The notes under the pieces are model-generated. The model was given only the letters and a program-made list of their open reading frames with translations. It was not told the DNA's origin and searched no databases. The position numbers and the translations under genes were made by a program. This document shows, in pieces, positions 42,033 to 52,489 of a stretch of DNA of 64,000 nt; the stretch's first letter is position 1, and each line of letters begins with the position of its first letter. The stretch is from positions 1,568,001 to 1,632,000 of the forward strand of contig OY843584.1 in NCBI GenBank assembly GCA_963692915.1. Reading direction: 5' to 3'. Source of the DNA: Cenarchaeum sp. Lineage in GTDB: Archaea; Thermoproteota; Nitrososphaeria; Nitrososphaerales; Nitrosopumilaceae.

Positions 42033-42263
42033 TCATCCAACTTTATCTTCATCATACTTGTTTATTATGTGCTTGTGAAGATACTTTCCGTGAGACTCGG
42101 CGCTCTTTAGCCCCAAGTACTCGGACTCGGGCACGTTGAAATAATCATACATTGACCCGCTGTGAAACTTGACTCGCAGAGTGCGAGTGTCATTAAAATA
42201 TTCTATGCTCGCTATGTTGCTTGAGTCTACCGGAATTTCCCCGTCCCCGACCATGGGCTCCAT
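42033..42263 (-). CDS. KTSC domain protein
   Basis: VDSSNIASIEY...LRVKFHSGSMYDYFNVP...L..AESHGKYL; ends 14 nt before the OLD start. Confidence 0.9.
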   Translation of the reverse strand: MEPMVGDGEIPVDSSNIASIEYFNDTRTLRVKFHSGSMYDYFNVPESEYLGLKSAESHGKYLHKHIINKYDEDKVG

Positions 42264-42302
42264 GCCACCTCCGGTTTTAAAAGTGTGACGGCCTGTCCCT
42301 GC

Positions 42303-42415
42303 GTACGAGGTCAGCATCTTTCTGCTCATTTGGCCAAACGGGCACATCCTGCCGTTCTACTTGTCGTGATGGCACCTGCCTGGGCATGAGCTGGTAAGAG
42401 GCGCTGACCCCACAT
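42303..42415. mobile_element. 113-bp IS66-type MITE (inverted relative to 20046)
   Basis: GTACGAGGTCAGCATCT..TCTGCTCATTTGGCCAAA..GGCATGAGC..GCGCTGACCCCACAT. Confidence 0.8.
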
Positions 42416-42463
42416 GGTCATATGCGTTCAATGCTTAAATTAGCGCTTACTGCTCATTGGTCT

Positions 42464-43180
42464 ATGAAGGCTGAACACGTCCTTTTGGGTGCCGGGGTCG
42501 CCGTTGTCGTCATTGTGGGCATATCCTATCTTATCAAAGCTCTCGAATCTAGCAAGACGTCAACAGATCTCCAGGATAATGACCTGCCAGACGAGCGCGG
42601 CCGTGGCGACAGGGAGTCGACAATACCGGTGCGTGCCATCTTGAATGATCCTGTCAGCTCTGAGTCATGTATTGCTCGCGCCCATAATCTCTTTAACAAT
42701 GGGCGTGGTTCTGATGCGCTACGTGTCCTTGATGATGTTATCAGTCGGGATCCTGACAATGTCAAGCCATATGTCGCCTTGGGCATAATGTTGCACAAGC
42801 GCTGCTGTCCCGAAGATGCCCTGGTCTCCTATAAGCGAGCCATTGCGCTAGACCCAACGGCAGCCGAGGCGCACGCGGGTAAGGGCCATATCTTGTTTAA
42901 CCGTGCGTTCTATGATGAGACATGTGACTCACCTGCGCTCTATAAAGAGGCGTATGCCTCACTTGCGTGCGCCAGGGCGTTTGGGTCCAATGACGCAAAG
43001 ATGTACCATTATCTTGGGCTGACTTTGGTGTTTCTTGCTAGGCTACACCCACGATTGTCCACTGTCATCAGGAAGCGTGCGATCAAGTCGTTTCGGCGCG
43101 CCCTTGACATCGACAGACACCACCCTGATACGCAAGGTTGCCTCGATTATGTCAGGAAGCACCTGAATGACGTTGCGTAG
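42464..43180 (+). CDS. membrane-anchored TPR protein
   Basis: TM, then NDLPDERGRGDREST linker and TPRs; paralog at 52490-53167. Confidence 0.8.
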   Translation: MKAEHVLLGAGVAVVVIVGISYLIKALESSKTSTDLQDNDLPDERGRGDRESTIPVRAILNDPVSSESCIARAHNLFNNGRGSDALRVLDDVISRDPDNVKPYVALGIMLHKRCCPEDALVSYKRAIALDPTAAEAHAGKGHILFNRAFYDETCDSPALYKEAYASLACARAFGSNDAKMYHYLGLTLVFLARLHPRLSTVIRKRAIKSFRRALDIDRHHPDTQGCLDYVRKHLNDVA

Positions 43181-43262
43181 TGTGACTTAGCTGCTGCTTT
43201 TGTTGCATCGCCTTTCTATATAGCTGGCCATTGCCGCACACCACACTAGCATGCGGATCTAG
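43180..43262 (-). pseudogene. 3' remnant of an AbiJ-like gene
   Basis: TGGCCATTGCCGCACACCACAC matches the 3' end of 53186-53962, at the same position downstream of the paralogous TPR gene. Confidence 0.55.
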
Positions 43263-43390
43263 CATATTCTGTCCTGTCAGATACACGATGATTGAGGCAT
43301 ATTGGCTGGTCTTGAGACTGTTTTTCTGCTGCGTTTCATTACGTTTTGCCAATAGTTAAAATATGCCCTTTCCACGTCCTGCGTCATTCA

Positions 43391-44389
43391 ATGACGTCAC
43401 TGTCGACCCATTTTGAAAACCAGTTCATCTCTGACTTGAAGCAGGCACAAACTATTGCCAGATCTGATCAATCTGGCTATGCGCTTGGAACCGCAATGTA
43501 TCTTGGGCAGCAGTCAGTCGAAAAGCAGCTAAAGTCCATAGTCCTCAAGCTGGACGAACTGTTGGAGTTGGGGCAAAGCAAGAATATACTGAGTTCTCTT
43601 AGCCATCAGCTATACCCAAATATCTATAAACTGCTTTATGTCAAGCACATTGCTAGTGTGGCCGCGCCCTATTTTACGAATGATGGAATGGTCAGGCCAA
43701 ATTCAGAGCAATCGGACCACAGCGATCGTCTTTTTGAAACAATAAGCAAACAGTGGGAAGACTATTCAAGAAACCCTAACTGGAAATTGCTGGACTGGCG
43801 AATTTCAATGGGGGTTCCTCTTGACCAAAAGGAACTCTCCGAGCTCAACCTGCACCATCACACCTATCTAAAAAATCTTCAAGAAAGTATGGGAACGAAT
43901 CCACCACTTCAGACCCTTACTAATGATATGTTCACAGCCCCCAATATGCAGAAAGTGATTCATGATGATGACCAACTTCAAAAACTCTTTACTAAATATG
44001 TGCAACATCCATCAAATATTAAACGGCAAAATCTATTTTCTGCCTATGCTGACAGCGTCGAAAACATTTTTTCGTCTGGGTCAAAAACATCTGACTATTC
44101 TTCCTCACAATCATCTGCCAAATTTAGCCGTCGACTTTTATTAGATTTTAGTTATAATATTGTTGTAGGATTTGCTAACTATTATCTGTTCTTGTTTCCC
44201 CATGAATCACTTGGGCGTTATCCGGCAATTTTAAATGATGGACGCGTTACAACTGACATGTATGGGGAATATTCTGACTATCCGCTATACTGGGTGTTTA
44301 TTTATCTACGTTATGAGCTAGAGTATCTACGCACTAATTCTACATGGATTGATCGTCTCTGGAATCAAATTCAACAATTTGTAGACTAG
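43391..44389 (+). CDS. HEPN-domain protein with large insertion
   Basis: AMYLGQQSVEKQLKS..SHQLY....GRYP. Confidence 0.8.
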   Translation: MTSLSTHFENQFISDLKQAQTIARSDQSGYALGTAMYLGQQSVEKQLKSIVLKLDELLELGQSKNILSSLSHQLYPNIYKLLYVKHIASVAAPYFTNDGMVRPNSEQSDHSDRLFETISKQWEDYSRNPNWKLLDWRISMGVPLDQKELSELNLHHHTYLKNLQESMGTNPPLQTLTNDMFTAPNMQKVIHDDDQLQKLFTKYVQHPSNIKRQNLFSAYADSVENIFSSGSKTSDYSSSQSSAKFSRRLLLDFSYNIVVGFANYYLFLFPHESLGRYPAILNDGRVTTDMYGEYSDYPLYWVFIYLRYELEYLRTNSTWIDRLWNQIQQFVD

Positions 44390-44642
44390 TTGGCACGCTG
44401 TTAATGTGTGTGGGCTATCACCTTTGGCATTATCTGACATGACACTGACAGATATTTCTGTATGTTGGGACTGAATATTGCCACATTAGTCTTTTGGGCA
44501 ATATTTTAGTTAAATCTGTAACCTGACGGCTCACACGATTATTACAGCTGTTCGAAATGCGTGAGTTGGTGGCCTGGTCTGCTGATGACTACACATGGCA
44601 ATTGCCAAAAGATTCTGACGTTGCTGCGGCGCGACTGCCGCC

Positions 44643-45998
44643 TCACTCGCCCTTGCCATTTGCCGTGTACGGCGTTCCCAACGCCCTCATGACCATCTCC
44701 TCTATGGTTGGCTGGATTGGCGATGTGGCCTCTGGATTCCTGACTAGGGCGCACCTGTAATGGCGACCCAGGTCCCTGGCGACTAGCACGCCGCCAAGCC
44801 TCCTATTGCCCCTGATCCTTTTTGCCAGCTCGCCCTGAAACTTGTCATCTGTGACATAGTTGTGCGGATCCTCGACTATCAGCAGCGACTGCCGTGTCCC
44901 AAAGTGCCTTATCTGGCTCTTGGAGAGCGCCTTGCGGAGCAGCCCCCTGCGCGAGTTTGTGGGAAATATGTGCCCAAACTCCATGGCCACCACGTCACGT
45001 GGCGCATATGCCTCGATGTAACAGTCATGGACCCGCAGGTCGGCGCGTCTGCCGTCATCGATGGCCGGCTCTAGCTCGATCTCCCCTGTAACGGCGCAGA
45101 GATGGACATAGAGGCGCATCTCAAAGGCATACTGCAGGAACTTCCACTCGCGCAGACCCCCCCGCCAGGAGGCATACTTGGCCGAGTCGTGAATCGGCAT
45201 ATTGTGCGCCCACATGAACGCGATCATCGACTCTAGGCCGTCGAGCGCATTGGGTCGCGAGCCTGCGAGTTTCGGCAACTCGAGTGCCATGGACGCATAA
45301 TAGACAAGGTCCACCCTTCTCTTCACCAACTCTGTGATCTTTTCGGGGCAGAGCGCCAAAAACTCGTACATGCGCGGATAGCTTGCCTTGAGCCAAGGTT
45401 CAATCGTCTCGGTCGGCTCTAGCTGCCGACGCGCAAAGATGTTGCGTGATATCTCTGATATCCTGTAAAATTCGTCGTCTTCGCCATGGCGCATGTCAAT
45501 GTCCAGCCCTAGCATGTCTGCCCTCCTCTTGAGCAGCCCTAGGAGACCGGGCGCTAGGCCCTTGTGGGCCTTGGGATCCTCGCCGTTGATGATTCTATAG
45601 GTGGTGCGGTTGATCAGGTACTCTACGAGGATACCCCGCATCACCGTTTGCCTATCGTCTCCCTCAAGGTTGAGGAGGTCGTTGCACACCTCGTATATCT
45701 CGCCATACTCGTCGCGCTGCATGTATACCCTGTCGATGATGGCCATTGCGATACCGTCATTTGCGTGGCCTGTTCGAATCATGTCCACGATGCCGGCACG
45801 AAGGGCCGACGTTACGCGGTTTTTGCCGCCAATGTAGAGGTTTAGCGAGTCTATGCTCTGCCATGCGTCCGTTGGGTCGCCGTCATGGCTGCTCCTAACC
45901 TCGTCGCATATGTGCTGCAGCTTTGTGAGTATGACCTTGTCGTGGGCGCTAGGGGTCGTCTGATTCGGGGATACTGCGGGATCCGGCTCGGATTTCAT
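44643..45998 (-). CDS. helical N-domain plus C-terminal PD-(D/E)xK-like nuclease
   Basis: Paralog of 27985-29319; RRADLRVHDCYIEAY. Confidence 0.75.
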   Translation of the reverse strand: MKSEPDPAVSPNQTTPSAHDKVILTKLQHICDEVRSSHDGDPTDAWQSIDSLNLYIGGKNRVTSALRAGIVDMIRTGHANDGIAMAIIDRVYMQRDEYGEIYEVCNDLLNLEGDDRQTVMRGILVEYLINRTTYRIINGEDPKAHKGLAPGLLGLLKRRADMLGLDIDMRHGEDDEFYRISEISRNIFARRQLEPTETIEPWLKASYPRMYEFLALCPEKITELVKRRVDLVYYASMALELPKLAGSRPNALDGLESMIAFMWAHNMPIHDSAKYASWRGGLREWKFLQYAFEMRLYVHLCAVTGEIELEPAIDDGRRADLRVHDCYIEAYAPRDVVAMEFGHIFPTNSRRGLLRKALSKSQIRHFGTRQSLLIVEDPHNYVTDDKFQGELAKRIRGNRRLGGVLVARDLGRHYRCALVRNPEATSPIQPTIEEMVMRALGTPYTANGKGE

Positions 45999-46209
45999 GC
46001 GCACGGTGACCAGGGCGGCTCATATTGAACCTTGCAGTGGGGGGACGGCCTTTGGGCGCGGTTTGGCACTCAATGGCCGCTTTGCTGCGAGATCTCGCGT
46101 TTGCCCCCCAGCCGTTCATGGCGTGCCGAACCCTGTCATCGGAGCCTCGGGGCTGTCTGGTGTTGCCTGGTTTGCCGTGCCAGAAAAAAAATATGGTGTG
46201 GAGAATCAG

Positions 46210-46323
46210 CTAGTCTTTCTCGTTCTCGGCGAGTTGCTCTTCCCTGTTCTCCTCGGACGCCTCATGGGCGTCGTTGTTCGGATTCATGGAATCCGAGCGG
46301 TCGTCGTTAGACGTTCTATCCAT
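46210..46323 (-). CDS. 37-aa single-unit 'NPNN' peptide (MDRTSNDDRSDSMNPNNDAHEASEENREEQLAENEKD)
   Basis: Matches the repeat unit of 9901 and 24711; TATA ATATATAAAA ~25 nt upstream. Confidence 0.7.
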   Translation of the reverse strand: MDRTSNDDRSDSMNPNNDAHEASEENREEQLAENEKD

Positions 46324-46566
46324 GACACACCGTCTACTCCATGTTTTATATATATCTTGAGGCGGATCTGGCAGCCGATCGTGTGTACTGGACACGGTCT
46401 GGGCGGCATTGATATCATGTGGCGGTTCTTGGCATACGCCATGTGCCGATTCTCTGCGGGCGGGCTTGTGCGACATGGCATGACTAGCTAGTCCTTGTCA
46501 TCTGCACCACCACGTGGCCATCCTGCCAATGTCGCCAACAGTTAAACGCGGCTCTGTCCTTGCCTC

Positions 46567-47583
46567 ATGCCGATGACCCTCGTCGAGCTGGCCCAATATT
46601 TTGCAGAGCACGCAGCCTCTGACCTAAGGCAGGCTCAGGACATAGCCACATTCGACCAGTCAGGCCACGCGCTTGCCACAGCAATGTACCTCGCTCAGCA
46701 GTCGACTGAAAAGCAGCTAAAGTCCATCATCATCAACATGGACGAAAAGATGGAGCTGGGCAATAGTAGATCAATTCCCAGGTTGCTTGGGCACCAGCTC
46801 TACTCTGGCCTGTACGAATTTTACGGCAAGCAGATTGCCGGCCTTGACATCCCGCCTATGGAAAATAGCTATATACGATATAACAGCCAACACGCCAAAA
46901 ATGTGGTTCTCCTAAAGGATTTCTTTGGCAAGATGGGCAAGTTTTGGACCACTCATTCAACGAACCCACGACTGCAATCGATGTTTTGGCTCCAGTCCCT
47001 GGGCATAAAACTACAAGGTGCTGATGTGGCGCTGCTACACTTAACACACGCTCAATATGTGGACAGCATGCTTGATCTTGTCACCACAACTGGCACCAAG
47101 GTCCCGCCCATGCCCAAAAATGACTATGTGCGGCGACCCATGCCTGATGCCATCATGGACGATGCGCTACTTGCCTCGTATCGTGGCAGGTACGCGCGTG
47201 CCGAGTTCAACACCATTGATCGCTACAGGCTGGGCACGGCCTTTGAGCAATTCAGGGCCTTTCTCTCGCTGTTTCCAAACCCTGTGCCGGCCCCGTTTCA
47301 TGCAGATGGCGCCGTGGCCAAAAACATCGCCTTTAGCTTTGGCCTCCTGACACTGGTCTTTGAGCAGTACCAATACCTGATTCTGCTCCCCAACAACAGC
47401 TATGGGCGCTATCCCAAAAGGCTTGAGGACGGGCGAATCACGACTGACGTGTATGCGTCACAGGCCGATACCGTGATGCACTGCCTGCTTGTCGACGTTC
47501 CGTACCGACTCGGCCAGCTGCGTGCCAACTCTGGGAGGTTGGACGTGCTGCTTGACATGGGGCGCGAGCGCGGATGCTGGTAG
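46567..47583 (+). CDS. HEPN-domain protein with large insertion
   Basis: AMYLAQQSTEKQLKS..GHQLY....YGRYP. Confidence 0.8.
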   Translation: MPMTLVELAQYFAEHAASDLRQAQDIATFDQSGHALATAMYLAQQSTEKQLKSIIINMDEKMELGNSRSIPRLLGHQLYSGLYEFYGKQIAGLDIPPMENSYIRYNSQHAKNVVLLKDFFGKMGKFWTTHSTNPRLQSMFWLQSLGIKLQGADVALLHLTHAQYVDSMLDLVTTTGTKVPPMPKNDYVRRPMPDAIMDDALLASYRGRYARAEFNTIDRYRLGTAFEQFRAFLSLFPNPVPAPFHADGAVAKNIAFSFGLLTLVFEQYQYLILLPNNSYGRYPKRLEDGRITTDVYASQADTVMHCLLVDVPYRLGQLRANSGRLDVLLDMGRERGCW

Positions 47584-48031
47584 TGCGCGTGTGGGCTTGG
47601 GGGGCACTAGGGTTTTTTTGAGTGTGTGGATTCTGCGCCTTGCCACAAATGACTCCGTCACTGCCCGCGCCGCGGCGTGCCGGGATTAGAGGTGCGCGCC
47701 TAGGGGATGCTGCCCACGCCGCGGGGATTCCGGGGCGGGATCTGGCGTCGTGGCGCTAGAATTTCACGCCGTGCCATTCCCAGAAACTGTCGTCCACGCC
47801 TATTCGCAGACAACGCCGGTCGTGGCCGCCGCGCGCCTATGCGCAGTTATGAAAGAGCCCTGCCCACACAGTATATTAATAGCCACCCGCATAAAATGCT
47901 GTTGAGCATGGCAAGGTGTTTTGATTCTGTGATGGTTTTTGGCTCAGGTGTGTGCCGCACGTCACTGCGATCATGCCCACATGGGCGATTCACATCGTCG
48001 TGTTCCAGCTTTGTCTGGCGCATAGTCTGCA

Positions 48032-48661
48032 ATGTTGACTGTTACGGAGGGCAGCATGAACTTGTCTGAGAGATCATCATCACAAGGCAGAACTAACGAT
48101 GAAATGAGAGTTGCGGCACATTTTGTCGACATTGAAAAATCATTTGACATATATCGAGAATCACAGCTCGTGGCCAAAGAGTTTTCATATTCGCTTGAGA
48201 CAAATCGATACTATGACGCAGACAATCCCGCTGATCGAATAGCACTTCTTGAAATGTATGGGGACGGACACTCTCCGGTATATATGATTGCGATGACAGA
48301 TACGGGTGGACTAATCAAGAAAAAGTATGCCATTTCAGTGTGTGAGCGTTGTGTCAAAATTGGCAGAATTCCATTTATTGGTCGCTGGATTAGAAAGAAG
48401 GGGGAGGAGAAGGAGGAGGAGGAGGAGGAGAAGGAGGAGGAGGAGGAGGAGAAGGAGGAGGAGGAGAAGGAGGAAAAGAAGCCTGGAGAAGATGTGTCAT
48501 TTGCCATAGATCATGGTGTGTCAGATACAGAAATACAGCATCTTCTTTGCGAATACAAGCAACGAGCAGCTCTATGGATCACGCGTGATGCCTACACTAC
48601 TATCCCTAATCACAATTATGAACTATGTCTCAAAAACGCCAAAACATCATATGAGTTTTAA
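48032..48661 (+). CDS. 'SLETNRYY' family hypothetical protein, copy 2, with poly-Glu expansion
   Basis: Paralog of 36891-37418; (GAG)n/AAG tract at ~48399-48481 is absent from the paralog. Confidence 0.75.
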   Translation: MLTVTEGSMNLSERSSSQGRTNDEMRVAAHFVDIEKSFDIYRESQLVAKEFSYSLETNRYYDADNPADRIALLEMYGDGHSPVYMIAMTDTGGLIKKKYAISVCERCVKIGRIPFIGRWIRKKGEEKEEEEEEKEEEEEEKEEEEKEEKKPGEDVSFAIDHGVSDTEIQHLLCEYKQRAALWITRDAYTTIPNHNYELCLKNAKTSYEF

Positions 48662-49141
48662 CAAACTTTGACCTGATTGCGTGATATTCCTGCCCTCCCT
48701 CGAGTTATTTTTTTGCTGAAGCATATCATCATAGTACCTCCTGTCTATGTACAGCTCGGAACCTCGCGCGTATTGAAATGCGTCAGTTGAGTCATTCTTG
48801 TCTTTGAGATCCCACATGGCCTTCTTGACGTTCTCAAAGTGTAGATTGAGCAGCAGATAATCCGGCAGTTGTTCTGTCTTGCGCTGCGCAAATTCAAGTT
48901 TTACATCCAGCACGTCAAGCTCCCACTCGTTATTGGGATCAGGGTGCGGCGTGCCATATTTTGCTCTTAGCTCATCCTCGCGCTCCAACTCCCTGTCAAC
49001 TGCGTTACGTACCCTTGCAGGCAGTGAATCATACTTGAAGACGCCAAACTTCATGCATCCGATAATCTCGTTTAGAGTCAGTGTGGGATTGCTGCATTCA
49101 CTAGCAAAAGTATTCTCAAATACTTCCTCCCCGTGCTCCAT
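48647..49141 (-). CDS. 'MEPGE' family hypothetical protein, copy 3
   Basis: MEHGEEVFENTFASEC.N..LT..EIIGCMKFGVF. Confidence 0.8.
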   Translation of the reverse strand: MEHGEEVFENTFASECSNPTLTLNEIIGCMKFGVFKYDSLPARVRNAVDRELEREDELRAKYGTPHPDPNNEWELDVLDVKLEFAQRKTEQLPDYLLLNLHFENVKKAMWDLKDKNDSTDAFQYARGSELYIDRRYYDDMLQQKNNSREGRNITQSGQSLLKLI

Positions 49142-49328
49142 GGCATCACTCCATGCATATGGCTAATAAACCTTGAGCACACGTCACACTTGTATACATA
49201 TACAGACCGGTGCCTGTTGTACGCGACCACATGCCAGCCGACTCCCCCGTGTCGGCTCCATGACTACACAAGAGACGGCATTTTGCCATGGCGCGCAATT
49301 ATTATAGGGTGATGTCTGCGCACGCCCC

Positions 49329-51749
49329 ATGGTGAAGGAGGCGGGACACTTGGAGAACAATCCCGAATCGGCCAAGAGAGATGGGGAGTCGACTAGAACC
49401 ATGGAGGAGATCGATCTTGAAATTGAGCAAAACCCCGCAAACCCAGTTCCACATAGGGAAAAAGCGCACAAGCTATATGATATGAAAAAAAATGAAGCCG
49501 CGTTGGCAGAATTTAAACTGGCATTCAAGCTAGATCCAAAAGACATTGCATCATTAAACAACATTAGTGTTATACAGTGCGAGCTAGGCCAGGACAAAGA
49601 TGCCTTGGATTCATCAAAACATGCGATAGAGCTGGATCCTGATCGTGCCAGATCGCATAGGGTACAGTCGATGGTGCTATACAATCTGGGCAGGTTTGAG
49701 ATGGCCCTCTCTGCGCTAGATCGGGCCATTTCACTTGGTTACAAAGATTCGCATATCTACTTTGACAGGGGTCTTGTCCTAGAACAACTTGGTCGTCTAT
49801 TGGCTGCCGCAAACGCATTTGGGCAAGCAGCCGAGACTGCCCCCGGGGATATCGAGCCGCATCGATACAGGTCAGCATGTCTACTGAAACTTCGACACTA
49901 TGCCGATGCGATCGATTCCCTAGATCGCGAGATCGCCCTAGTGCCCACCCACGAGGTATACATGCGCAAGGCCGGCGCGCTTGTAATGCTCAAAGATCAC
50001 GAGAAAGCGAACGAAATGTTTGATCATGCGATCGCCCTAAATCCCGATGAGGCGCAATCACACTTTGGCAAGAGCATGACACTGATTCATCTTGGGCAGC
50101 ATGAGGACGCCCTAGAGGAGCTCAACACCACACTGCGCCTGAATCCTGAAATGACAGGGGCGCACATAAACCGCGGACACGTTCTGTCTGAACTCGGGCA
50201 ACATGAGAATGCACTAGAGGCAGCAGAAACGGCCGCAAGGCTCGATCCCGACAATACAATGATTCTCCTCAACAAGTGCACAATCCTCCAAAAGCTTGAA
50301 CGCCATGAAGAGGCACTTGAGGCACTAGAGCTGGCCGCAAGGCTCGCTCCCAAGGACTGGGAAAACTATGCATGGCAAGGAAGCATACTACGCAAACTGG
50401 GACGCAACGCAGAGGCGCTTGAAAAGATCGAGCACGCAATAGGGATAAACCCCAGCATAGTTGCGTTACACATGAATCGCGGAACCCTTTTGGCAAAGCT
50501 TGGACGTCCTAAGGAGACACTGGAGGCATTTGATCAAGCAGTGGCATTGGGGAAAGACAATGCCATCGCCCACAACGAGCGCGGTTTGACACTATATGGC
50601 CTGAATCGCCATGAAGAGGCGCTGGCCGCATACAGGCGTGCCGCAGAACTAGAGCCCAAAAGCTCTCACGTCCACTTCAATGTCGGCACGGCCCTGCATA
50701 CGCTACACCGCCATGCCGAGGCCCTAGAGTCTTTTGAGCAGGCCGCCAGGCTGGACCGACACGATCCCTCCCCCCCACAAAGCAGGGGGACGGTGCTCCT
50801 TGAGCTGAAAAGGTATGCCGAGGCCCTAGAGTCCTTTGAGCAGGCCGCTAGGCTGGATCCCGACATGGCCCTGGCCCATGCCGGCAAGGGCTATGCACTA
50901 GACCTGCTTGGACGCTCTGATGATGCAGTCATCGCCTTTGACAAGGCCGTCGCATTGGCCCCAAATGATGTCAATATACACCGTGGCCGTGGCCATGTCC
51001 TGCTCACGCCAGGACGATATGCCGAGGCGCTTGCGTCATTTGATCGTGCGCTAGAGATTGATCCAGATGACGCGGATTCCCGCAATGCCAAAAGGATCGT
51101 CCTTGCCAACCTGGGGCGCCATGGCGCAGGGACCGCCAGGACAGGCCCATCCCCGCCTGAATCAGGGGACGCCATGGATCACATTGCCCGAGGTCGTGCC
51201 ATGTGCTCATTTGGGCAGGCCAAGGCGTCCCTTGAGCACTTTGAGCGCGCAATCTCGGCCAATCCTGTCCTGGCCGAGGCCCATGTGGGCAGGGGAACCG
51301 CACTGATCCACCTTGGCATGCACAGTGAGGCACTAGGGGCATTTGCACATGCCGCCAGGCTAGGGCACGATGGCGCAATCCTGCACAAGAACAATGCCGT
51401 CGCGCTGCTATATCTTGGGAGAGACGAGGAGGCGCTGGCCGCCTGTGAGCGAGCCATCGAGCTGGAGCCAAACAGGGCAGAGGTTCACAAGAACCATGGT
51501 GTGGCACTGCACAGGCTGGGCCGTCACAAGGCTGCCCTGGCCGCCTTTGGGCGCGCAGAGAGACTGGGGCCGGACGATGCTGATTTGCACCTTGGCCGCG
51601 GTAACACGCTAGGCGCACTTGGCCTCGACGACGAGGCGACTGACGCCTATCGGCGCGCAATCGAGATTAATCCCGCAGCAGCCGTCCCAATGCCGCCAGA
51701 TCCTGAGGTGGCACGACTGGCAGCCAAGATGAATAATCGCATTCCATGA
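49329..51749 (+). CDS. large TPR protein
   Basis: About 21 TPRs. Confidence 0.93.
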   Translation: MVKEAGHLENNPESAKRDGESTRTMEEIDLEIEQNPANPVPHREKAHKLYDMKKNEAALAEFKLAFKLDPKDIASLNNISVIQCELGQDKDALDSSKHAIELDPDRARSHRVQSMVLYNLGRFEMALSALDRAISLGYKDSHIYFDRGLVLEQLGRLLAAANAFGQAAETAPGDIEPHRYRSACLLKLRHYADAIDSLDREIALVPTHEVYMRKAGALVMLKDHEKANEMFDHAIALNPDEAQSHFGKSMTLIHLGQHEDALEELNTTLRLNPEMTGAHINRGHVLSELGQHENALEAAETAARLDPDNTMILLNKCTILQKLERHEEALEALELAARLAPKDWENYAWQGSILRKLGRNAEALEKIEHAIGINPSIVALHMNRGTLLAKLGRPKETLEAFDQAVALGKDNAIAHNERGLTLYGLNRHEEALAAYRRAAELEPKSSHVHFNVGTALHTLHRHAEALESFEQAARLDRHDPSPPQSRGTVLLELKRYAEALESFEQAARLDPDMALAHAGKGYALDLLGRSDDAVIAFDKAVALAPNDVNIHRGRGHVLLTPGRYAEALASFDRALEIDPDDADSRNAKRIVLANLGRHGAGTARTGPSPPESGDAMDHIARGRAMCSFGQAKASLEHFERAISANPVLAEAHVGRGTALIHLGMHSEALGAFAHAARLGHDGAILHKNNAVALLYLGRDEEALAACERAIELEPNRAEVHKNHGVALHRLGRHKAALAAFGRAERLGPDDADLHLGRGNTLGALGLDDEATDAYRRAIEINPAAAVPMPPDPEVARLAAKMNNRIP

Positions 51750-52086
51750 CTGCTCACATATGCGCAGATGTGTGCTCTGGAACGACGCAATTGAGTGCAG
51801 TTGTTGCTCAAATGGGAATGATATGGGAAGCTATGAACTTTGCACGTGAGCATATCTAGTGTGGACATTTCACACGTGCGTTTATTCTGTTGTTTTTGCC
51901 ACGTCCTTTATGATATTTCTGTTTAACTCGTGTATTCTAGTGTACACTAGTTCCTCGAGTGTCTCTCCTCACTGTGATGCGCGATGGACTCGACGGCTCC
52001 GCAAAAGTGGCAGATCTCAACCTAGAGCGCCTGCAAAAGCCTCATGACCGGGGCTCCTAGTGCTCAATACGTGCAACAATTGCAGG

Positions 52087-52248
52087 CTATCGGCGAAGCC
52101 CTTCGCGCAGGATCGCAAGCCCCGCCATCCAGAAAATGTCTCCCAGAGACACACTCCCTAGGCCATGCCGGGCCACCTTGGCTCCAAGCACGATAGTCGA
52201 GCCGATACTTACACCCTCTACAATGTCGCGCATGTCGTCCTTGTCCAC
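52087..52248 (-). CDS. 53-aa hydrophobic microprotein, copy 2
   Basis: (M)DKDDMRDIVEGVSIGSTIVLGAKVARHGLGSVSLGDIFWMAGLAILREGLRR; CCTTTAAATT upstream. Confidence 0.75.
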   Translation of the reverse strand: MDKDDMRDIVEGVSIGSTIVLGAKVARHGLGSVSLGDIFWMAGLAILREGLRR

Positions 52249-52489
52249 GTGCAGCATATGGCGCGGACAAAATTTAAAGGTTTGGCAAGACGCGGCTATG
52301 CGAATGAGCACAGGTGTCTGTTCCAAGGCTGCACATGGCGTGAAATTCCGGCCTCGGCCGTGCCGATCTGTGGGGAGATTTGGGCCGATTTCACTCATGA
52401 TCTATAAATTTTGCCACGTCCTCTTGGGATTCGTGGACAGAGCCAATATGCGCTTAATGTTTAAATTAGCGTCCGCTACTCGTCGGCCT

